DNA of 60,432 bases, counting the filler. It is 5 parts of 5 records of this genome, joined end to end, with 100 filler letters (N's around TTAATTAATTAA, not from the genome) between each part and the next. Parts side by side here need not be neighbours in the genome. Positions count along the whole stretch, not along the records: positions 45,460 to 51,668 come from SRR31156797_26044; positions 51,769 to 60,432 come from SRR31156797_26062; 3 more parts are not named here. One strand, 5' to 3'. The notes under the pieces were generated by a model. That model did not search any database and had not been told where the DNA came from. It saw only the letters and a program-made list of their open reading frames with translations. The position numbers and the translations under genes were made by a program. Shown piece after piece: positions 50,192-60,031 of the stretch. Each line of letters starts with the position of its first letter. The stretch's first letter is position 1.

Positions 50192-50737
50192 TTAGTTTTT
50201 TTACATTAAGGGCGGAGCGAAAACGTCGTTCACCGGTCTATCCTATCGCCCCTGTGAAAGCTGAAACTATAGTCTCAACTTTCTCACCTCGATCAACCAA
50301 TTTTGCATCCGCTGCGAAAGCAGGGGTTCATCTTTGCCGTTCGCCGATTTTAATTTATTACCTCCACCGCCCTTTTTGGCTTAAGGGCGGTTCGCGAACC
50401 GACCGCAACGGACTTTACCTCATCTTATTATCTCAATACATTATCTTTCCACTCCGGGAGCCAATATCAAAATACTTGTTTCCTGAAAGAGGGAATTGTG
50501 GTAGGTGTTTTCTTAACTGATGTGAATTGCTGTATTCTTACTGTTGACCGGAAGCTGAGTTGTTTAGGGGGCTTAAAAATGTCTTATCACAAAGAAAAAA
50601 AATCTTTCCAATTCTAATTGGTATCTATTCAAAAGTTTAGTGCTGTTTTGAACGGCGGACCGTTGATAGCTGTTTAAATGCTGTCACGGCATAATGCCGT
50701 ACTCCGAGGTGCAAGCGGCGATCTAAAGGGGGAAGCC

Positions 50738-51668
50738 ATGCTTAGCCGTAGAACTCTATTTTGTTATTCCACAGTCCTGACATTCATGTTCCTGATAATT
50801 GTTCCAACCTTGGCCCACGGGGGGACCAAGTCGGATATTTTTCTGACTGCCGTTAGCGCTTATAAAAATAAAAATTACGCCACGGCCTTTAAATTTTTTC
50901 TTCCGCTGGCCCACCAGGGAGATCCCGCTGCTCAAAACAATCTGGCGGTTATTTATGAGAAAGGTCATGGCGTCCCGCAGGACTACCAGGAAGCCGTGCG
51001 GTGGTATACGGAGGCGGCCCGGCAGGGCTATTACATTTCCCAATTCAACCTGGGGAAAATTTATCATCAAGGCGTTGGCGTCCCCCGGAACTACGAGGAA
51101 GCCTTGAAGTGGTATGGGAAAGCCGCAATGCAGGGGCATTCCATGGCCCAGTACAACCTTGGATGCATGCACCTGAAAGGCCTTGGAACTCCTCGGGACA
51201 ACAAAGAGGTTCTTAAATGGTTTATGAAAGCCGCCAGGCAGGGAGAAGCGAAAGCCCAATTCAACCTTGGATTCATGTACGTGGAAGGTTTAGGCGTTCA
51301 GCAGGATTGCCAAGAGGCGATCAATTGGTATACGAAAGCCGCACGCCAGGGAAGTTCCAAGGCCCAATACAACCTGGGAATATTTTTTGAGAGAGGCCTT
51401 GGCGTCCAACAGGATTACAAAGAGGCGGTCAAGTGGTATGCGCAAGCCGCCAGTCAGGGAGAATCAAGCGCCCAATCAGCCTTGGGGATCGCTTATTATT
51501 TCGGGCGCGGCGTCCCAAAAGATTACGTAAAGGCCCATATGTGGCTTGATTTGGCGGCCGCCAAAGGAGAAAAGATCGCTGCCGCGACAAGGAATCTTTT
51601 TGCCCTGCTCATGACCCAGGCCCAGGTCGAGGAAGCTGAACGCCTTGCCAGGGAGTGGAAGCCGGAGA
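50738..51668 (+). CDS. SEL1-like repeat protein; 3' end truncated
   Basis: Signal peptide and about six AQ.NLG..Y..G.GV.QDY.EA.KWY..AA.QG repeats. Confidence 0.92.
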
Positions 51669-51768
51669 NNNNNNNNNNNNNNNNNNNNNNNNNNNNNNNN
51701 NNNNNNNNNNNNTTAATTAATTAANNNNNNNNNNNNNNNNNNNNNNNNNNNNNNNNNNNNNNNNNNNN
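51669..51768. other. Artificial contig spacer
   Basis: N44-TTAATTAATTAA-N44. Confidence 0.99.
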
Positions 51769-52043
51769 AAATGATCTTTTGCAGAACTATCATAAACATA
51801 AGGATGCGATGGACAATAGTTTTGCTAACCGGAAGTCATGAATAACTTCAAGCATCCCGAAGGATCCGGCGAAGCCGGCACGATCAAAAAAGATGAATCA
51901 AATAATCATTGCTTTCAACTCTTTTTTTGCATACCGGTAATTAAAAGCCGCGATGATTCCCAATAAATTGGTAGTCTGTAATCATGACAGGCATGCAGGA
52001 TATCATGAGCAATTCAAATGGGGATTTCTACAGAGCCGCAAAA

Positions 52044-53132
52044 TCAAAGAAAATCGCTCAAAAATGTCTGCCTCTCATCTATCTTCTCGAGTTTTGTCAC
52101 TCCCACTCCAAGCAACCTGAACCTGCCTTTTCCCATGAATTCCTCCATCAGTCCAAGGGCTGTTTTTCTTATGGTTTCCTTATCTGTTGTGGCAGCAGTG
52201 AGTGTCTTTGCCCTTGTATAAGTTCTGAAATCTTCAAAGCGCACCTTGATCGTCACAGTCCTGAATCGGAATCGTTTTTTGATCATTGATGCGTGGACTT
52301 TCTCTGTAAGTCCGGCGAAAACCTTTTCGATCTCCAGTGGATTGGAAATGTCCTCTTCAAAAGTGTCCTCGGTGCTTACTGACTTGACCTGTTCCCGCTC
52401 TTTTACTTCCCTTGTATCGATGCCGTTTGCAAGCTGGTGCATAACAACGCCGAATTTGCTGAATTTAGCTATAAGAAGCTGGACATCACAGTTTGCAAGC
52501 TGTCCTACGTTCTCAATTCCCATTTCTTTAAGGACGGGTTGTGTTTTCCTGCCGATTCCAGGTATCTTCGATATATGCAGAGGAAACAGGAAGTCCTGCA
52601 CGTTTTCAGGCCTGACAACTGTTAAGCCATCCGGTTTATTGAAGTCCGAGGCTATCTTTGCAATTACTTTGTTTGGTGCAACTCCTATGGAGCAGGTGAG
52701 TCCGTGGAGGCGTTTTACCTCGCTTTTGATCTTCTCTGCAAGCAGGGTGGCCGACTCATAGTCATCGATTGAGTCACCGATGTCAAGGTATGCCTCATCC
52801 ACACTGACCTGCTGGAATTTGTCAGCAAATATTCGTATGGTGTTCATGATCTCAAAGGATACTTGCTTGTAGAGCTTCATGTTCACTTTGAGGTATGCAG
52901 CATCGGGGCATAGTCGGTATGCCTTTGATATTGGCATGCCCGAATGTAAACCGAATTCCCTTGCCTGATAGGAGCAGGTACTGACGACTCCCCTTCCACT
53001 GCCACTCTTTGGATCGGAACCAACTACCACCGGCATGCCTTCCAGTTCAGGTCTGTCCCTTACCTCGACGGAAGAGTAAAAACTATCCATGTCAAGATGC
53101 AGTGTTATCCGTTCCCTGGGTGAGTTTTCCAT
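52044..53132 (-). CDS. dinB: DNA polymerase IV (Y family)
   Basis: HLDMDSFYSSVE, CSYQAR.FG..SGMP, SVDEAYLD, AKIASD.NKPDG, RLLGV. Confidence 0.96.
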   Translation of the reverse strand: MENSPRERITLHLDMDSFYSSVEVRDRPELEGMPVVVGSDPKSGSGRGVVSTCSYQAREFGLHSGMPISKAYRLCPDAAYLKVNMKLYKQVSFEIMNTIRIFADKFQQVSVDEAYLDIGDSIDDYESATLLAEKIKSEVKRLHGLTCSIGVAPNKVIAKIASDFNKPDGLTVVRPENVQDFLFPLHISKIPGIGRKTQPVLKEMGIENVGQLANCDVQLLIAKFSKFGVVMHQLANGIDTREVKEREQVKSVSTEDTFEEDISNPLEIEKVFAGLTEKVHASMIKKRFRFRTVTIKVRFEDFRTYTRAKTLTAATTDKETIRKTALGLMEEFMGKGRFRLLGVGVTKLEKIDERQTFLSDFL

Positions 53133-53248
53133 TTGATGCTTATGTATATTTGGAGATTTATCTAATTATGCATGCTTTTTGCCTGCGGAACCCTGATATA
53201 AGATACTGACCTTGAACGACTATCTGATGAAGGAGAAAAGATACAGGT

Positions 53249-53536
53249 ATGTATGAGTATATTGCCATGCTGGCATATGTTGTTGTTCTCTTCCTTACTT
53301 TACGGGATATACGTATCTATAAAAGGACGAGGATTCAGTCCTATCGTAAGGGAGCTATCAAAGGCATCCTTGCATCAACGATAGTCCTTGTCGGGATCGT
53401 TGTTACATACATAAACCCTAATTTTGGACTTCTGCTGGTTCTAATTGCTATTTTCCTGAATCAAAAAGGAACCAGGGATCCTGTTTTCAGGGATGCAAAA
53501 ACAATGGATCGTCTTCTGGGAAAGACTGATATATAA
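53249..53536 (+). CDS. Small membrane protein (3 TM)
   Basis: 95 aa with hydrophobic segments and RDIRIY..T...SYRKGA. AGG RBS. Confidence 0.7.
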   Translation: MYEYIAMLAYVVVLFLTLRDIRIYKRTRIQSYRKGAIKGILASTIVLVGIVVTYINPNFGLLLVLIAIFLNQKGTRDPVFRDAKTMDRLLGKTDI

Positions 53537-53666
53537 TAGAGTCTTCAGATGCAGTTCCACTAATCCAAAAGGTATAAATGTGAGGGTATTTATTATAACC
53601 CGCACAAGCTACTATTATAGAGTTTCATCTTAATCTTATAATGAATAATCACAATGGAGAATTATC

Positions 53667-53861
53667 ATGGGAAATATTAGACAAACAAATATCAAGAGAA
53701 TCGCAATTCGCTTAGCCGAAAACCACGGTGACGTATTTACAACAGACTTTGACACAAACAAGCATCTTGTGACAAAGTACACAACCATCGAGAGTAAGGT
53801 TATCAGAAACCGTGTGGCAGGTTACGTTACAAGAAAGATGACACACAGACCAATAGAGTAA
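53667..53861 (+). CDS. rps17e: 30S ribosomal protein S17e
   Basis: MG.IR...[27 protein letters not shown]. Confidence 0.96.
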   Translation: MGNIRQTNIKRIAIRLAENHGDVFTTDFDTNKHLVTKYTTIESKVIRNRVAGYVTRKMTHRPIE

Positions 53862-53886
53862 AGGTTTCTGGAGAGGGGATGTTCCC

Positions 53887-54762
53887 ATGTTCGAAGGAGT
53901 TATGCCTGCTCTTGTAACGCCATTCTCAAATGACAATACAATTGATGCTGAAAGTTTCAGAAATATTATCAATCATGTTGAGGAAGGTGGCGTTTCCGGA
54001 GTCGTTGCCTGTGGTACGACCGGTGAATCTGCAACACTTTCAACTGCAGAACACAAGGAATTGATTAACCTTTGTGTCGATTGTGCAAAGGTTCCTGTGG
54101 TAGCGGGTACCGGTTCGAACAACACTTTAGAAGCAATCGAGCTCACTAAACACGCGGTTGACGCGGGAGCTGCTGGTGCTCTTATCATTTCCCCTTATTA
54201 TATTAAGCCCAATAATGCAGGGCTAATTGCTCATTTTACAAAAGTAGCAGAGTCTGCTGACATTCCCATCATATTGTACAATGTACCTTCCCGTACAGGG
54301 CAGAACATGCCCCTGGAAGTCATTGTAGAGCTTTCAAAGCTGGAGAACATTGTCGCTGTAAAGGAAGCAAGTGGAGATCTGGACAGGGTTTCACAGATAC
54401 TTGAAAATACCATTGATGAAGATTTTAAGGTGCTTTCAGGTGAGGATGGCCTGACTTATCCTATACTTGCACTGGGTGGTGGCGGAGTGATCTCGGTAGT
54501 TGCTAACATTGTTCCTGAAAAGATGGTTCAGCTTTCAGAGGCAGTTAATGCCGGTGACCTTGCAACTGCAAGAAAGCTTCACTTTGAGATGGCACCACTT
54601 ATACGTGCATTATTTACAGAGACTAATCCTATTCCTGTTAAGCGCGCAGTTGAGCTTATGGGACTTTCAAGCGGAAAAATGAGACTTCCACTCGCTCCGC
54701 TTAGTGAAGAAAACAGTGTTGCACTTGAGAATATTCTTCGCAACATGGGGTGCATTGCATGA
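53887..54762 (+). CDS. dapA: 4-hydroxy-tetrahydrodipicolinate synthase
   Basis: ALVTPF, GTTGES, GTGSNNT, LYNVPSRT, VKEASG, TNPIPVK. Confidence 0.97.
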   Translation: MFEGVMPALVTPFSNDNTIDAESFRNIINHVEEGGVSGVVACGTTGESATLSTAEHKELINLCVDCAKVPVVAGTGSNNTLEAIELTKHAVDAGAAGALIISPYYIKPNNAGLIAHFTKVAESADIPIILYNVPSRTGQNMPLEVIVELSKLENIVAVKEASGDLDRVSQILENTIDEDFKVLSGEDGLTYPILALGGGGVISVVANIVPEKMVQLSEAVNAGDLATARKLHFEMAPLIRALFTETNPIPVKRAVELMGLSSGKMRLPLAPLSEENSVALENILRNMGCIA

Positions 54763-55550
54763 TAAATGTCGGAGTTATGGGCGCATCAGGAAGAATGGGC
54801 AGGCTCATTATAGATAATATCATCAGGTCAGAGGACACATGTCTGACATCGGCGTTCGATCTTGTTAATATAGGCAAAGATATCGGCGAGGTCGCTCATA
54901 TCGGTACTCTGAACGTACCAATATCTTCAGTTGATGATATGGAATCCGCTCTGAAGGAAAGTGGTACTCAATTACTTATTGATTTCACGATCGCCAATGC
55001 AACTGCAGATAATGCTCCAAGGGCAGCGGCAGCAGGTGTTGACCTTGTGATTGGTACAACAGGGCTTTCTCCTGAGCAGAAAAAGACCATTGAGGATGCC
55101 ATTCTCGAGAATGGTGTATCAGGGATAATCTCACCTAACTATTCCGTAGGTGTGAATGTATTCTTCAAGATCCTCGGAGAAGCTGCAAAGTATCTCGGTG
55201 ATATGGACATAGAGATAATCGAAGCTCACCACAATCAGAAGAAGGATGCTCCAAGTGGTACTGCAAAGGGTGCTGCTGATGTTATCAGTAAGGCTCTTGG
55301 TGGCAAGGAATATGTTTACGGACGTGAAGGCATGGCACCTCGCGGAAAGGAGATAGGCATGCATGCAGTCCGTGGTGGTGACATTGTCGGTGATCATACA
55401 GTTCTCTTTGCCGGAGATGGTGAGAGAATCGAGATTAAACACCAGGCACATTCAAGACAAGCGTTTGCAGGCGGCGCAGTGAAAGCAGCTGCATGGATTG
55501 GCGATGCAGAACCTGGTCTTTATACCATGCAGGATATTCTGGGGCTTTAG
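54759..55550 (+). CDS. dapB: 4-hydroxy-tetrahydrodipicolinate reductase
   Basis: GASGRMG, IDFT, VIGTTG, EAHHNQKKDAPSGTA. ATG overlaps the dapA stop. Confidence 0.97.
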   Translation: MINVGVMGASGRMGRLIIDNIIRSEDTCLTSAFDLVNIGKDIGEVAHIGTLNVPISSVDDMESALKESGTQLLIDFTIANATADNAPRAAAAGVDLVIGTTGLSPEQKKTIEDAILENGVSGIISPNYSVGVNVFFKILGEAAKYLGDMDIEIIEAHHNQKKDAPSGTAKGAADVISKALGGKEYVYGREGMAPRGKEIGMHAVRGGDIVGDHTVLFAGDGERIEIKHQAHSRQAFAGGAVKAAAWIGDAEPGLYTMQDILGL

Positions 55551-55760
55551 GCCCAAACTCTTTTTTTTTGGTCAACATCTGTTCATTTGTGGCACAAAAA
55601 AGTCATGTTGTGTCCATGATTCTCTCTAATACGGGAAAACAAGTGCCCATCTATTATATATGTCGGACCATATATAATTAAATCTAGTAGCATGTGTATC
55701 TGAAGCCATTGTTACTACCTCCAACCGTTTCTTCCTTCCTTTTTTTTCTTTTTTCCGGCT

Positions 55761-56231
55761 CTACAGTAGTTGCTCTGCAATATTTTCCACAATTACCCTG
55801 CCGCAATAAAAACATCGAATTTCCAGATCTGTATCTTCAGTATTCACCTTAAATTTCGATGTAATCGGTTCATTGCTGTTGGATATACAGTTGGGATTTA
55901 TACATCTGACAACTCCTTCTACAAAGGAAGGAATCTGCACTTTGTATTTCCTTGCAACATTAAAGTTGCGTATGATATTTATGGTTGCATTGGGTGCAAT
56001 TAGTGCAATCCTGTCAACTTCTTCACCTTTAAGCTCACGGTTTTCGATCTTGACAACATCCTTTTTCCCGACTATTCCCTGGGAATTGAGTAGTATACTC
56101 ACAACACCCTGGGATGAATCAGGAAGTCCCAGTATTTTCAGTACGTTAAGAGCTTTACCTGCTGTAATATGGTCTATCACAGTACCATTCTCGATACGGC
56201 GGACTCTTAACTCCGTCTCGATACCACTCAT
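55761..56231 (-). CDS. pyrI: Aspartate carbamoyltransferase regulatory chain
   Basis: IENGTVIDHI, KDVVKIE, CINPNCIS, CFYC. Confidence 0.96.
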   Translation of the reverse strand: MSGIETELRVRRIENGTVIDHITAGKALNVLKILGLPDSSQGVVSILLNSQGIVGKKDVVKIENRELKGEEVDRIALIAPNATINIIRNFNVARKYKVQIPSFVEGVVRCINPNCISNSNEPITSKFKVNTEDTDLEIRCFYCGRVIVENIAEQLL

Positions 56232-57154
56232 TCAATAGCCCCCAGTACAAGTCCCAGAAGTGCCATACGTACCGGTACTCCATAGAACGCCTGCTTGAAA
56301 TAGCATGCATGGCTCGTGTCATCCACACCCGGATCAATCTCATTCACTCTTGGAAGAGGGTGCATTATCTTCATTTCAGGTTTTACATTTTTCAGGGTAT
56401 CCGCTGTTATCTTTAGGCGGTTGGCAACTTTGTGATACTCTGCAGGGTCCGGGAATCTCTCTTTCTGTATGCGGGTCATATATAGGACATCAACATCATC
56501 GATTGCATCTTCCATGGAATCCGTTTCAGTTATCTTTGCACCTCTGGATACGATATCGCTAATGATCTCTTCGGGCATACGCAATTCTTTTGGGGAAATC
56601 AACGTGATCTGTGCTCCGTAAAGGGACAGCGAGTAACAGAGGGAGTGGACAGTCCTCCCGTACTTAAGATCTCCTGCAAGCGCGATTTTCAGCCCTTCCA
56701 GATGGCTCTCCCGTTTAATTGTATAAAGGTCAAGAAGTGTTTGTGTCGGATGATGCCCTGCACCATCTCCTGCGTTAAGTATTGGGACCCTGGAGAATTC
56801 AGAAGCCAGATGCGCAGCTCCTTCCCTTGGGTGACGCAGCACCATGGCATCAACATATCCATCCACAACTCTGACAGTATCTGCCAACGTTTCTCCTTTA
56901 GCTATGGAACTTGCATCCACTGACCCCAAGTTCAGTACGTCTCCTCCAAGTCTAAGCATGGCAGTCTCAAAAGACATCCTTGTTCTTGTACTTGGTTCAA
57001 AAAAGAGGACAGCAAGGATTTTCCCGGCAAGCAGGTCTGATCTCTGTTCCCCGCGTGCAATTGGTTCCATTTTTTCAGCAGCATTGAGGATATGGTCAAT
57101 CATTTCCCTGGAAAAGTCCCTTGTTGAAATGATATGTTGGTGCTTAAATTTCAT
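56228..57154 (-). CDS. pyrB: Aspartate carbamoyltransferase catalytic chain
   Basis: FFEPSTRT, NAGDG..HHPTQ, TRIQKER, MHPLPR. Confidence 0.97.
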   Translation of the reverse strand: MKFKHQHIISTRDFSREMIDHILNAAEKMEPIARGEQRSDLLAGKILAVLFFEPSTRTRMSFETAMLRLGGDVLNLGSVDASSIAKGETLADTVRVVDGYVDAMVLRHPREGAAHLASEFSRVPILNAGDGAGHHPTQTLLDLYTIKRESHLEGLKIALAGDLKYGRTVHSLCYSLSLYGAQITLISPKELRMPEEIISDIVSRGAKITETDSMEDAIDDVDVLYMTRIQKERFPDPAEYHKVANRLKITADTLKNVKPEMKIMHPLPRVNEIDPGVDDTSHACYFKQAFYGVPVRMALLGLVLGAIE

Positions 57155-57208
57155 CGACTACTAAAGGCATTGCATGGAATATAATATTTCCCTGCTATCA
57201 TACAACGT

Positions 57209-57661
57209 TTAGAACTTACATCCTTTTTTCTGTATTTTGTCTGCAAGTTCTTCCCATTTTTCCGTGTCAACATCTTCACATATGTGCCGGTTCTTGAAAA
57301 TAGCCTTTCTTTTAGAAGGAGTCACCAGTTCCCTGAGGTCCATCATGGCCCGTCTGACACCTGCCGCCTTGTCAAAAAGATTCTTCGCCTGATTGCAGCT
57401 CAAAGGCTCGGTCTCAAGTCTCTCTTCATACTCTTTTTCCTTTTCGTAGAGTACTTCCAGAAAGCTGTCTATACTGTTCAGGTCGTCCTTGTCCAGTTTC
57501 GGCTTGTTAACGATCTCCCATACAATCTCATGGAGATCAACGTCCTTTTCTTCCAGTCTTACTTTTCGGGGTATTGCTTCTCCTACCCAGAAAAGGCTTT
57601 TATGAAGTCGGTTGAGCAATTTTTGCCTTTCTTGATCTGATATCTCGTCATTTTCAGCCAT
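57209..57661 (-). CDS. Conserved methanogen hypothetical protein (DUF5788-like)
   Basis: ER.KLL.RLH..L.WVG..IP...L.E..W...G..RA..DL, a pattern recalled for a euryarchaeal DUF. GGAG RBS. Confidence 0.6.
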   Translation of the reverse strand: MAENDEISDQERQKLLNRLHKSLFWVGEAIPRKVRLEEKDVDLHEIVWEIVNKPKLDKDDLNSIDSFLEVLYEKEKEYEERLETEPLSCNQAKNLFDKAAGVRRAMMDLRELVTPSKRKAIFKNRHICEDVDTEKWEELADKIQKKGCKF

Positions 57662-57740
57662 TTTTTCTCCTTTTTATTTCCTGATTATACTTTTTCCGTG
57701 ATTAAATTTATAGGTTTTCAAGTATTTTAGTAGTGTAAGT

Positions 57741-59039
57741 ATGTCCAAAGGTGATCGTATTAAACCAATCATTCAGGTGGCTCTTGATCTTTTAGAAACG
57801 GACAGAGCAATACAAATTGCGAAGGAATCCCTTGAAGGCGGAGCTGACTGGATTGAGGCAGGTACTCCTCTTATTAAGAGCGAGGGTATGGATGTTATCC
57901 GGAAACTCAGGGATAAATTCCCGGGAAAAACAATAGTTGCAGACATGAAAATAGCCGATACCGGTGCCATGGAAGTTGAAATGGGTGCAAAGGCGGGAGC
58001 TGACATCGTGGTTATTCTTGCCAGTGCTGATGACTCTACTATACAGGAAGCAGTCCGTGCCGCACGTAAGTACGGTGTTAGGATAATGGCAGACCTGATA
58101 TCTGCGGCAGACCCTGTTATTCGCAGTGTTGAACTGGAAAATCTTGGTGTTGACTATATCAACGTCCATGCAGGTATAGATCAGCAAATGACAGGTCAGG
58201 ATTCACTTGCCCTGATGAAACAAATAGTAGACAAAGTCTCTGTCCCGGTTGCCATAGCAGGTGGACTTGATGCAAGTTCCTGCTCACAAGCAGTTGCGGC
58301 AGGTGCTGATATAGTAATAGTCGGAGGTAACATTGTCAGATCGTCCAATGTGACAGCTTCTGCAAAGACCATCAGGGAAAGTATTGATTCTCCATCTTTT
58401 ACGCAAGCTACGAAAAAGACGCCTGACGAGGAGATACGTCTGGTTCTTGAAAATATATCCACTCCAAATATTTCAGATGCGATGCACCGTAAAGGAGCTA
58501 TGCAGGATATTATTTCCATGCTTCCGGGGAAGAGAATGATCGGTACTGCCGTAACAGTCCAGACTTTCAAAGGAGACTGGGCCAAGGCTGTGGAAGCCAT
58601 TGATGAGGCAAAGGAAGGCGATGTCATTGTTATTTACAATGGCAGCAGGCATGTGGCTCCCTGGGGCGGTCTTGCAACACTGAGTTGCCTGAATAAGGGA
58701 ATAGCCGGTGTTGTCATAGACGGAGCTGTCAGGGACATAGATGATATACGGACCATAGGCCTGCCTGTCTTTGCAAGCTGTCATGTTCCAAATGCAGGAG
58801 AGCCGAAGGGCTTTGGTGAGATCAATTCTGAAATTGTTTGCGGCAACCAGACAGTCAAGCCTGGGGATTATATCGTTGGCGATGACAACGGTGTTGTTGT
58901 TATTCCACGGGAACGCGCCTATGAGATTGCAAGACGTGCAAAGGAAGTCGAAAAAACAGAACAGCGCCTTTTTGAAGAAATACGCAGAGGATCAACCCTC
59001 TCTGAAATCATGAAGCTTAAAAAATGGGAGAAACACTGA
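57741..59039 (+). CDS. Bifunctional 3-hexulose-6-phosphate synthase / RraA-like domain protein
   Basis: [32 protein letters not shown], then STPNISDA...GDW...WGG...DGAVRD...VGDDNGVV. Confidence 0.93.
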   Translation: MSKGDRIKPIIQVALDLLETDRAIQIAKESLEGGADWIEAGTPLIKSEGMDVIRKLRDKFPGKTIVADMKIADTGAMEVEMGAKAGADIVVILASADDSTIQEAVRAARKYGVRIMADLISAADPVIRSVELENLGVDYINVHAGIDQQMTGQDSLALMKQIVDKVSVPVAIAGGLDASSCSQAVAAGADIVIVGGNIVRSSNVTASAKTIRESIDSPSFTQATKKTPDEEIRLVLENISTPNISDAMHRKGAMQDIISMLPGKRMIGTAVTVQTFKGDWAKAVEAIDEAKEGDVIVIYNGSRHVAPWGGLATLSCLNKGIAGVVIDGAVRDIDDIRTIGLPVFASCHVPNAGEPKGFGEINSEIVCGNQTVKPGDYIVGDDNGVVVIPRERAYEIARRAKEVEKTEQRLFEEIRRGSTLSEIMKLKKWEKH

Positions 59040-59040
59040 A

Positions 59041-59799
59041 ATGATCGAAATATTGAAAGTGCTCGCATGCATGCCCTTTTTACTTTATTCCTGCTATGCT
59101 GACATAAAGACCCGCCGTGTGTCTAACGATGTATGGTTTATGATGTTTGGTGTGGGATTTATCTTCATCATGTATGATTTTATGACATACGGTGTTCCGT
59201 ATCTTATACGAAACATACTCACATTCCTTTTCATATTCGCTTTTGTGTACATACTTTTCCAGTTCGGAGCATTCGGTGGTGCGGATGCAAAGGTACTCAT
59301 GGTGATATCTCTGATAATTCCCACCTTCCCTCAGATTACCCTTGGTTCAACAATGCTCCCCATAGATGGGGTCCCGTTTATCAATGTATTTGCTTTCAGC
59401 GTCTTTGGTAATTCGGTGATTCTGACTGTTATAGTGCCAATAGGTCTGTTCCTGTATAACCTAATTAAAAATCCATCAGAATCCCTGAAGCGTCCGTACT
59501 ATATGTTTATTGGTTACATCATGCCCATATCCAAACTGGAACGGGGACATTTCCGTTTGCTGGACTCTTACAGGGAAACTAAGGAAGGTATTGAATTCAA
59601 ATTTGCAAGATCAGGTACCGAGATTAGCAAAGAAGTGATTTCTGAACTGAAAGGTTACCAGAAAGCAGGTAAGGTAAAGGATGGTGTATGGATCACTCCG
59701 GGCTTACCATTCATGATTCCTATTACTGCCGGTTTTATTACAGCAGTTGTTTTTGGAGACCTTATATTCTATATAACCATGCAATTCATGATAATGTGA
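59041..59799 (+). CDS. flaK: Prepilin/preflagellin (archaellin) peptidase, A24
   Basis: Y.DIKTRRV.N, FGGADAK, C-terminal VWITPGLPFMIPI. Confidence 0.9.
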   Translation: MIEILKVLACMPFLLYSCYADIKTRRVSNDVWFMMFGVGFIFIMYDFMTYGVPYLIRNILTFLFIFAFVYILFQFGAFGGADAKVLMVISLIIPTFPQITLGSTMLPIDGVPFINVFAFSVFGNSVILTVIVPIGLFLYNLIKNPSESLKRPYYMFIGYIMPISKLERGHFRLLDSYRETKEGIEFKFARSGTEISKEVISELKGYQKAGKVKDGVWITPGLPFMIPITAGFITAVVFGDLIFYITMQFMIM

Positions 59800-59877
59800 A
59801 TTGCTTTTTTCTTTTAATTGCCCCTTTCACTATCTTTTAATACCTCCAATTCTAAACTATTAATTGGAGATAGGTTT

Positions 59878-60006
59878 ATGACAGAAAAGACAACTGATGA
59901 CAAAAAGCCGAAAAAAGACGATGGTAAAGAAGCAAAAGTAAACCCTGTTCACCCAGGGGATCAGAGGGTTCGCCCAAAGAGGCACCTGCTGGATACATGT
60001 GAATAA
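59878..60006 (+). CDS. 42-aa small hypothetical protein
   Basis: GGAG-ATAGG RBS, MTEKTTDDKKPKKDDGKEAKVNPVHPGDQRVRPKRHLLDTCE. Confidence 0.5.
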   Translation: MTEKTTDDKKPKKDDGKEAKVNPVHPGDQRVRPKRHLLDTCE

Positions 60007-60031
60007 TTGTATTTGCAATTCCAGTTGTTTA

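Noticed and set aside
50738-51668. Periodic DNA repeats as a CRISPR array
   Set aside because: They are in-frame 36-aa SEL1 protein repeats. No CRISPR array, tRNA or rRNA was recognised anywhere in the window.
57741-59039. HPS-RraA fusion as a novelty
   Set aside because: This is a known conserved architecture in methanogens.
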